This document shows positions 52,925 through 64,000 of a DNA stretch of 64,000 nt, one piece after another (the first letter of the stretch is position 1; every line of letters begins with the position of its first letter). The position numbers were made by a program, and so were the translations under genes. Source of the DNA: the human T2T-CHM13v2.0 reference genome, Homo sapiens. A model generated the notes under the pieces. That model was not told the origin of the DNA. It worked only from the letters and a program-made list of their open reading frames with translations, and did not search any database. The stretch lies in NCBI RefSeq assembly GCF_009914755.1, contig NC_060925.1. The stretch is one strand, 5' to 3'.

Positions 52925-53927
52925 TAAGATTTTCCTGAAAATCACCAACACTTATTTAAAATTGGGGATTTTGTAAATTGATATGTATTGATGCTGGCAC
53001 AGTGGGTGTTACAATAAAAGCTTGCCAAAAAAACCCTATATGGGTTCTATGTATTCCCAAGAAAACAGTAAATGTGGTCAAATTTATGAACTGCATAAAT
53101 CACATCTCACTATTTCAAACAGCTTGAGAGATGCCAATTGTTTCATTATACATGTCGAAAACTGCTACCATTCTCAGGCATCTGGAGTTTGTGAGGGCAA
53201 GAGAGAGAGCGAATGGGCAGAGTCAAGGGGCAGCTTAAGGATTCTGGAAGAGAGATATGGAATGGGAGTTTTTTTTTCTGGTCCCTTGGGCAGACCTAAT
53301 TACAATCAGTGGGAGAACCCAGATTCTCTGCTTCATAATCTACTCCACCCATCTCACTTCCCCATTTTCCTATTTCTATTTGTGTACCACAAGCATATAA
53401 CCAAGAAAAAATCAGTTATGAGAGTACTGGTTCACTGCAGAAGCCTCATCTCATATTTATTTTTCCTGACCAAAACAGAGCACTTTCCTGGCTCTGCGTG
53501 CAGTTCCCTTTTCTTGGGAGGCCTGGGGATCTTGATTCAGATGCAACTAACGCACAGTGGGCATCTACTACGTGCTACATGGTGCTATGCATTTGCCACC
53601 AATTTTCTCATTTCAATCATTCAATCAACTGGGGAGGCAGACACTTGTCTATAACCTCCAGTGAACCTAGCACTGCTAACATGAGCCTGTAACTGTGGAT
53701 AGATAGGTGAATAAAGGACGGATTTACCAGATGTGATGAGATCACAAGGCCAAAGCTGAAATAAGGACAGAGACTATATGCATACGTGTGTTTATGGAAG
53801 GAGGAAATGGTATATAAATAGGGGCAAGGTCTGGACACAATATATCTGAGAGGGTTAAAGGGAAAATAGTACCTGAGTGGCTATTCTCATTAAAGGCACC
53901 AAAAAGTTAGCTTTGATTTGCAATCTT

Positions 53928-54070
53928 TCAACACAAATAAATGATAAATGTTTGTGGTGACAGATATCCCAATGACCCTGATTTGATCATTAAGCATTGT
54001 ATGTATGTATCAAAATATCACAGGTACCCCATCAAAATGTACAATTATTACATATCAATAAACAAAAAAG
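53928..54070 (+). mobile_element. L1MA 3'-end fragment
   Basis: atgataaatgtttg..accctgatttgatcatta..tatcaaaatatcac. Confidence 0.85.
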
Positions 54071-54399
54071 AATTTGCTTCACTTATTAACCAACATGCTC
54101 ATATCTTTTCTGACAGTGAACTACTGAACTAGTGGCTAGTGAACACACCTTCTCAGGAGACAAGAGGGGTATATTAGCTGCCAAACCTGTAGAGACCACA
54201 CCCTCCTGGTTGTTGTGGCTTATTAGAAAAAAAAGCTGGGTGGAAGGGCAGGGGGTGGTCCAGGTGTAGAGGTGTACATGTGTTTAGTAACTGAGAGGTG
54301 AGTGAATATGGGCTCTGGAAACAAATCTTAGTGCCCTGTGCCACTCTTACTTTTGGCCATTAGGTTTCCAAAATTAAAAAACCGTAACATTAAACAGCC

Positions 54400-54703
<304 letters not shown>

Positions 54704-55282
54704 TTAAATAGCTTTTAATAATCTGTCAAATTTGTCATAGATGCGAGTAGTATTCTTATTTTTTGTAATTAAGTGAATATCTGAATAACGGCTTTAGATG
54801 AGGATCAACAGAAATGGAATCAGAAAATATAGTATAACCTATTTCAGTTAACAGATATTACTGAATAAATGGCATGTTCCAAGTGGTGGGGACATAAAGA
54901 GGCAGTTAATAAATTCATTCCATTTAACATGGACTCCAGGTAGAAAACAATCCCAACTTCCTAGACATGACAGAAAGAAGAATTTTAGCTCCTCATAAAT
55001 ACTTACACTGAAAACTTGGCATTATTTTACATGGTACAGGGCTTGTTTGTTAAATAAATAAAATAGTCACAATAGGTGATACACTTTAAGAACTTGCATT
55101 TTGTCTTCTTTATTCAAAGAATATGCCCCCCACCCCATCTTATCCTCACCACCATGTCACTGCTTCAATTTTCTCTCTCACCTGGAATATTATAACAGCT
55201 TGTTAACTGGCATCCCTGACTCCAGCATCTGAATCCGTCCTTTCATTGTTGCCAAAATGGTCCTTCTAAAACACAAATCTGA

Positions 55283-55996
<714 letters not shown>

Positions 55997-56018
55997 GTTC
56001 TCGATGCTCATAAGGTAA

Positions 56019-56427
<409 letters not shown>

Positions 56428-56888
56428 TTAACTATTTTTTAATTCCTTGACCATACTTTTTTTTTTTTTTAACTTCTGGCCCTACACTAATCTGTTTCCA
56501 CTGCTAGAGAGAATTTTTTCTCTACCTTCCCATTCTTAAGGTTTCAGCTTAGACATCACTTCATTTGGAAGCCTTCGTTTGGAAGTCTTGTCCTTTATTC
56601 ATCCATTTACCCAATAGCTATAGAGCAGCCCATGTTAGACATGCTAGGCTCAAGGGAGGTTATAGAGATCTCCAACCTCCAGTCCCCTCAATCTAGGTTG
56701 GGGTCCCTCTGTACTTTATTCCTCCAAAGTCGTACTTTATTGGTCTATATGTTCACAAAACTGTAAACACTAACGGCAGAATCTCCATCAACTGAGCCAA
56801 TGACTAGTACTTAATCATGACTTGATAGTTAGAATTTGAATAAATGGATGGATGAGGAAGATCAGTCTATCAGGTGACCTCATGTTGA

Positions 56889-57257
<369 letters not shown>

Positions 57258-58249
57258 TAGGATTACAATTTAATTAACTCTTTCTGCCCTAGAATCCCAA
57301 AGTGATTGTGGCATAATTTCGTATGTGGTTTTAAAACAAAAAGAGAACATTCTTTAAGTATGGAAAGCACTTTCCAAATAAAAAAAGGAAAAGATATTCT
57401 GAAAGTTTTGTTTTTAAGCATCAAATTATTACCCTCCAGACCAGTGTAAGAATCCTGTACGTGAGCCACGATGTTGAGTCCGATTTTGAAATTTTTGCTT
57501 TGTACAAAGAAACCTGTCGCAGGTAGAAAGGGTAGACTGAGAGGGTAAAGGAGGCCTGGTTGACCATGTACTCTAACAGGTATGCTAAAGTGCAGCACCT
57601 CTACTAGATTCCCATATTTGGATTAGCATGTAGACAGCAGACAGATCCAGTTTAACAACATATGAAGTCACAAGAGACGAATGTACTAATCCAGAATAGC
57701 AATATATTAATTTATAATAAAAATATAAAGTAGCTTGGGTCTCATGTTGTCTCGCTGCTATCAATCCACATAGGGAGCTAAGGTATAATCTGAAACTGGC
57801 TTTCCCAGCCTGAAATCAGAGCAAGGGGAAGTCAAGTGGATTATCATGATGGCTAAAGGTATGATTAGCATCATAGTCATGCCATATGTACTGAATTCTT
57901 CATTTTGCTTTTTACATTTAAAAACTAAAGCATGTATCTGTTTCAGTTTTATTTTAAGTCACAAAAAATAAGCTAAAAGTAAAAAGCTTCTGCCTTTTAT
58001 AACCAAGTACTCTGGATTAGTTGGACGCTTGGTAGTTACTACCCATCAGAGTTGGCTTGGCCACAGGAGTTTAGCAACTAAAAGGGATACTACTTGGCTT
58101 AGAAAAGGAGAAAAAGAGAGGCAGCAGACAGCTGGCACACAGGAATTACTTCAAAAAGGCAGAGATAGGTGATAGGTGAGCTGATGAACCTAAAATCATG
58201 TAGGAGACAGAGGCACAGGAGTCACCTGCTACCTATTCCCAAGATCATT

Positions 58250-58740
58250 AAACTAGATAGTATTACAGAGGTAAAAGTGCCCACTAGGGATCATGTAGTT
58301 CAGCCTCTCACATGTAAGAATGACTTGCTCAATGACGTAACCAAGTTTGTGGCCTGGCTGGGACTAGAACCCAGTTCAGTGCTCTGATATTACACCATAC
58401 TTTTTCTTTCCTATTTTTTATCAGGATTTGGAAGCCAAAATCCAGGGTCTCAAATGAAGCTTTGAAGAAGGGCCAAAGGAGAATGGGAAGAGTATCAGGG
58501 AGACAAGTGTGAAAACAATATGCCTCAGTGATATATTGGTCCTGACAGGTGGCTCTACTAAAAGATCTCCATGGTTTCACTCTCTAGACTCAGATATCAA
58601 CAGAGCCAAGTCATTTAATTATCTGAGCTTCAGTTTTCTCATAAATAAAATGTATCTGAAAATAATTATACCTTGTTCAGAGTTACCAGAAGATAAAATG
58701 AAAATCTGTGTGTAAAGGAACATTAAATAAATATTGGTTT
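58250..58740. mobile_element. MIR fragments (minus ~58250-58400, plus ~58590-58740)
   Basis: tgacttgctcaatg..gggactagaacccag and caagtcatttaattatctgagcttcagttttctcat. Confidence 0.7.
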
Positions 58741-59734
58741 TTCCTATTTGCCATGAGCAGGAAACATTATCTTACTCTGAATTTTTAACATTTGCATACT
58801 AATGACCAGAAGGTAGGAAAGAAGGAGGAAATAGTATGATTAGAAAGAGAACAGGCTTACACACAGAGAACAACTTGTTTTGTGAAATGAATTGAGTAAC
58901 CACATTTTTTCCACATTGCATCACTTGCTCCTTAGCCAGGACATGGAGACTGCTGGCCAAACTTCTGCTGTTATAGAAAGCGCTTTTGTAGGACTTACTG
59001 AGGGTGTAAAGTGTGGGAGGAGACAGTTGTTAGAGGGAACAACCTAACTGCTGGAATGATGACTGAAGCACCTGGTCTGGAAATGTCACCTGGAAGGTCT
59101 CTCTCTACCTTCTGAGCCTGGTCCTCTGACCATCTTCTGTTGAAAATCTAAGGACTCCAGAGACACAGAAGAGAGGAAAACAGTCAGCAAACTTCTCTGG
59201 AAGCATCAGCCACAGAGTGAGTCATATTTCTTATCAGCAAGGTTTGCAGCCAAAAAGGAATGCATATCCAGCAACCTGGACACAAAGACCGTCAGCTCTG
59301 TTGGCTCTGGAGAACTGCCTAACTGCTCTAGATTTATCAGTCAAAAGAACAGTGAATTCCCTAGGCATGAAAATGAGAAAATCAACCTATTAACTGAATA
59401 AAGCCCAGAGCACCAAGGCTTATCCTGTTTTAGCCTCAAGTAACAAAAATGACTCTGCTATCAGTTTCAAGGTACCTCGCTTCTTGCTGCTTCCACAGAG
59501 CTATTACCTCACAGTGCTTCCTCACAATGCATTTACCATACTGACCCCAGGGTACTTGTTTCTTGCATCACAGAGAGGAGTGGCACTTTCCTGAGCCAAG
59601 AAGTGTGTTTCCCTTTCATTCTGCCCGAGGATCTCTCCACCTCAGTGCAACTATCCTAATCCAAGCAACCTCATTTCTTCCTTGTCCACAATTACCACTG
59701 TACAACTCATTCTCCACAGACCAGCTCAAGTAAT

Positions 59735-60622
59735 TTTTTTTAGATAATAGCTTTATTGACATAAGTTACATACCACAAATTCACCCTACATTTGTGTTTT
59801 CTAAGATATTCAGAGTTGTGCAAACATCATCCCTAATTTTAAAACATTTTCATTATCCTCAAAAGAAACCCCAATAGCAGTCATTTCCCATTTTCCCTCC
59901 CCTAGTCACTGGCAACCACGAATCTACTTCTGTCTATGTGTATTTGCCAATTCTGGACATTTCATATAAATGTAATCATCAATGATTATCTTTTGTGACT
60001 GGCTTTTCATTTAGCATAATGTTATTAAGATGCATCTATACTGTAGCATGTATTAGTACTTTATTCCTTTTTTATTGCCAATTAGTATTTTGTCCTCTAG
60101 CTATACCACATTTTATTTATCCATTTATCAGATGATGAACATTTGGGTTGTTTTATCTTTTTGGCTACTATAAATAATGCTGCCATGAATGTTCATTATG
60201 TGTTTTTGTGTGAACATATGTTTCTATTCTTTTGGGTATATATCTATGAGTGGACTTACTGGGTCACATGGTAACTCTTTAACATTTTGAGTAACATCCA
60301 AACTGTTTTCTAAAGTGGTTGCAGCATTTTCCAATCTCACCAGCAATGATCGAGAATTCCAGTTTTTCCACATTCTCAGCAACATTTGTTATTATCTGTC
60401 TTTTGCTTATAGCTGTATCCATGGGTGTGAAGTTGTATTTCACTGTGGCTTTGATTTGCATTTCCCTAATGATGAATGATATTGAGCATCTTAAGTGCTT
60501 ATTGGCTATCTGTGTATGTTATCTGGAGAAATATCTATCCAAATCCTTTCCTTATTTTTAAATTGGGTTGTCTTTTTTATTATTGAGTTATAGGTGTTCT
60601 TTTATATTCTGGATACAAGTCC
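59735..60622 (-). mobile_element. L1MB 3' end
   Basis: tagctttattgacataa..ctggcaaccac.aatctactt..tttgatttgcatttccctaatg. ORF 60279 is ORF2 C-terminus-like. Confidence 0.88.
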
Positions 60623-61737
60623 AAGTGATTTTTTTAAAGTAAATCAAATCTTGTCACTTCCCTGGCTTAGTACCTTCTAATGGTTCCCTAATATGTTTAG
60701 AATAAAATCCAATATTCCCACTCTGGTTTACAAGGTCCTACATGATTTGGCACCTGCCCACTTCTCCAACATCATCTTGCACTGCTTGTTTTTGTTTGAG
60801 ACAGAGTCTCGCTCTGTCGCCCAGGCTGCAGTGTATTGGTGCGATCTTGGCTCACTGCAACCTCTGCCTCTCAGGTTCAAGCAATTCTCCTCCCTCAGCC
60901 TCCTGAGTAGCTGAGATTACAGGCGTGTTACCACCACGCCTTGCTAATTTTTGTATTTTTAGTAGAGATGGGGCTTCACCATGTTGGCCAGGGTGGTCTC
61001 AAACTCCTGAGCTCAGGTGATCTGCCTGCCTTGGCCTCCCAAAGTGCTGGGATTACAGATGTGAGCCACTGCACCCAGCCCCTTGTACCACTTTCTTGCT
61101 CAGGCAATGCATTCTAGTCACAGCAGTCTGCTTTCTGCCCTTGGAACACAGCAAACTCACTCATGTCTCAGCATCATTATATTAGTTGTTCCTTCTGCCT
61201 GCCTGGAAGTCTCTTTCCTTGGATGACTCCTTCTCATCATTCAGGTCTCAATTCAAGTATCAACTTTTCAGACAAATTTCTTGAAAAGAAATTCTTCCTA
61301 AACAAGTTTCCCCTCTACAAAGAACTTTTGTGAATGATAAATATGTTCATTATTTTCATTGTGGTAATGGTTTCATGGATGTATATAGATGTCAAAACTT
61401 TTCAAATTGTACACTTTAAATACATGCCATTTATCTTATGTCAATTATATTTCAATAGGGCTATTAAACAAAAAAAACCCTTTACAATTATACCTTCACT
61501 GTCACTATCCCATCATACTTTATTTCCTTAGGAGAAATTATTTTATTTCTGTCTATAAAAATTATCTATATGAAATTATCTTATTTCTTGATTTAAATGT
61601 TTACCATCTGTTTCACCCAACTAGAATGGAGGTGTCATGAGCACAGCAATGTTGTTCATTTTTGTCACTTGTGTACTCTCAGCTTGGCTTACAATTAGGT
61701 GCTCAATAAATATTTGGCTAATTGAATGAATGAATTC
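60623..61737 (+). mobile_element. L2 interrupted by an Alu and a short L1ME 3' piece (~61320-61480)
   Basis: ttagaataaaatcc..acaaggtcctacatgatttggc, end gtgctcaataaatatttgg..tgaatgaatgaat. Confidence 0.75.
60786..61080 (-). mobile_element. AluS
   Basis: Full dimer. Confidence 0.95.
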
Positions 61738-61979
61738 AACAGAGGTTTAGAAAAAGATCCTCAGACAATAAGAAGGGTGACTTTTCATTCCCTCAGATTC
61801 ACCAGTACTTTTTAGACTTAAGAGGATGAGATTATTATTATTATCTTTACTAAAAGCAGCTACCTCAAAATCTATTCTGGATCTTCTCCACTGTCATCAT
61901 CTGTATCATTTTATTGTTCATTTAGTCTGTGACACTATTCTAGTACTTTATATATACTCTCTCATTGGTAGTGGTTAGT

Positions 61980-62320
61980 TTTATAATAATGATAATATAG
62001 CATATTGTAATAATCATATAGTATAATATGATATAGTTATAATATAGAATATAACTATAATAGCAGCAGTAATACAATAAAAATTTGTTTAGTACTTGCT
62101 AGTCATCAACTTTTCATGTAAGCATTTTACCCATGTAATCTCATTTATTCCTCACAATAACTTCATAAAGTAGGTTTTCTACTTCATGATGTGGAATTTG
62201 TAGTTTAAGGAGGTAAATTAACTGCCCAAAGCTACACAGCTGATAAAAGGCAAAGATGGACCTCAAACCCATGTCTATCTTACTTCAAAGCTTGTTCTTT
62301 TTCCATCCTGCTACAGTGCT
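61980..62320 (-). mobile_element. AT-rich low-complexity tract (61980-62080) followed by MIR
   Basis: atctcatttattcctcacaataac..ggaggtaaattaactgcccaaagctacacagct. Confidence 0.8.
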
Positions 62321-62722
62321 TCTCAACTATTTTTACAATACAGTGTTACTCCAGCTTTTATCCAAAGCCCCTAAGGTCAGAGGAAGGTGTGTGCCTTGGG
62401 AATACTAGTACTCAAACTTTGTAATGGGTTAGGGACAAAAGTAAGAGAGATGAAAAGCTGGTTGCCTGAGAATAAACCAGGATATGTAGAGCAAAGAATT
62501 ATTACTTTATCCCAAATGCCATATGCGGTTTCATTTGACACTTAATACTTAACTGTTTCTAATTGCTCCCTGGTAGACCTGGGTTTTTACCTAAGCTGCT
62601 GGCCCTTGCTCCTCCCCTGCATACTAGTGAAGTATACTGGTGAAGATATGATCATGACAGCCCTGGGTAGTCTCCCTTATCATCTGGGTCCTGATTTCAA
62701 GAGCACGTAGATGGGCCTTTAC

Positions 62723-62966
62723 CTTTGGTGCCAGGAGGCTGCAGGTTGTCTCCAGTCAAGGAACACCAGCCCACAGGGAAGATGTCTCGGGAGTCGAAGC
62801 GGCACCAGTAGTCAAAGGCCCCTCGCCACCCATCAAAAGTGACAAGCACCTCTGAGCCCCGAACCTCCCCAATAGTGGCTGGGCAAATGAAATGAGGGTT
62901 CTTCCTGTCCACAGCTTCTAGCTTCATTCCCATTTTGAAGAAGTTGTGGGAAGGCGATGGTGGCTC
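62723..62966 (-). CDS. SCMH1: SCMH1 internal coding exon (244 nt), MBT repeat: EPPSPSHNFFKMGMKLEAVDRKNPHFICPATIGEV...GWCSLTGDNLQPPGTK
   Basis: MBT motifs (F-K-x-G-M-K-LEAVD, FDGW, IFPVGWC) in ORF 62697..62933. Acceptor tttctcatctag|GAG, donor AAAG|gtaaag. Phase 0 in, phase 1 out, matching the next exon. Peptide recognised as Scm homolog 1. Confidence 0.96.
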
Positions 62967-63119
62967 CTAGATGAGAAACAGAAACATACACACCTAGACA
63001 CAAAGAGAGGCCATTATGCCAATAGACTACTATCTAATTTGGATGATTAAAAAGTGACTGCTACATGAGACTTATAATGGATATATAGCCTTTCTTTTAA
63101 ATTAATTTTAAATTCAATA

Positions 63120-64000
63120 TTTCAATATTTAAAGTATTACTTTATTAATCCTAACATTTTGACAACTTTGCTTCAGATTTTTTAAAAAGGAAATAAAAGG
63201 TTGCAGATAAAGTTGAATCTCCCTTTCTGCCCTTCCCATATTCCATTCCCCCTCTACCTACCACGGAGGTAACAGCTACCCATGCATGTTTTATATTTTA
63301 CTATATACATACATACCCATTTGCCTGCTTTTAAATTTTATATAAATGGTATTATACTGTATATATCATTGTACAATTTGCTTTTTGTTTAGCAGTATGT
63401 TTTTGAAATCTGCCCATGTTGATAAATTTAGCTCTGATTCATTTTAACTTGTAATAGTATTTCATTGTATATATATATCGAAATTTATTCATTCTCCTTT
63501 GGACACTTAAAGATCTTTCCAATTGTTTACTATTTTAAAAGAGTTTTAACCACCATCCTTGCACTTCTTTGTATATGTGTAGGAAGGTTTCTTTAGGTTA
63601 TACATCTAGGTGTAGAATTCCTGAATTCCTGGGTTATAGGGTAGATATATACATCTTCTGCTTTATCAAATATTTTTAACTTGTACTCCAAAGTGGTTGT
63701 AACATTGTATACTTTCACCGGAAGTGTAGAGAGTTCCTGGGTGCTAATTTGTAATGCAGTTACATAGATCAAGTTTCAAAAAATGTGTTGTACATTCTAT
63801 TCTGTTCCCTTAATCTTACTATCTGATCCTGTACCAATAACATAGTCTTATTAAATGGATATCTGATAGGAAAAGTCCCCCTACTTTGTCATTCTTCAAT
63901 ATTGTTTTTGCTATTCATTCTCTGTCTTTCATATAAATTTCAATCAGTTTTTTCGAGTTCCATATATAAACCCTATTAGGATTTTGACTGGAATTACAAC
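63120..64000 (-). mobile_element. Old L1ME 3' region
   Basis: tttatataaatggtattatactgtatat..gtatttcattgtat..ctccaaagtggttgtaac. Confidence 0.75.

Noticed and set aside
53022-53654. 210-codon plus-strand ORF
   Set aside because: Starts at TTG, has no recognisable domain or splice context, ends in an L2-like fragment and is antisense intronic. Most likely chance.
62341-62372. cagtgttac...aaagcccct resembling the two ends of U7 snRNA
   Set aside because: Sm site and middle missing, no TSD or tail, too short to separate from chance.
62964-62969. TAG|GAG tandem (NAGNAG) acceptor
   Set aside because: Distal GAG acceptors are rarely used and nothing here supports use.

Overview
Primate (most likely human) genomic DNA lying entirely inside the Polycomb gene SCMH1, transcribed on the minus strand. 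Three coding exons are visible with canonical AG/GT ends and consistent phases: 62966-62723 (MBT repeat), 24856-24624 (basic K/R/G/P-rich region) and 20128-20002 (P/S/T-rich linker). The rest is intron packed with interspersed repeats: about 37 Alu/FLAM/FRAM pieces, two young L1PA fragments, old L1M, HAL1, L2, L3, MIR, LTR elements (MLT1, MER4, MER50, LTR8, MST), DNA transposons (Tigger3, MER1B, MER33, MER5A, Charlie1) and an RPL23A processed pseudogene. Most ORFs in the track are Alu/L1 artefacts. The best leads are: (1) the two close exons total 360 nt with phase-1 outer ends, so a back-spliced circle would be a stop-free 120-codon loop with an in-frame AUG; (2) a ~320-bp local inverted duplication inserted into an Alu; (3) an L1PA whose internal deletion fuses ORF1 in frame to ORF2; (4) a ~19-kb nested transposon stack. 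No prokaryotic-type system or novel gene is supported. Repeat subfamily names come from recalled consensus motifs rather than a search, and old-repeat boundaries are approximate.
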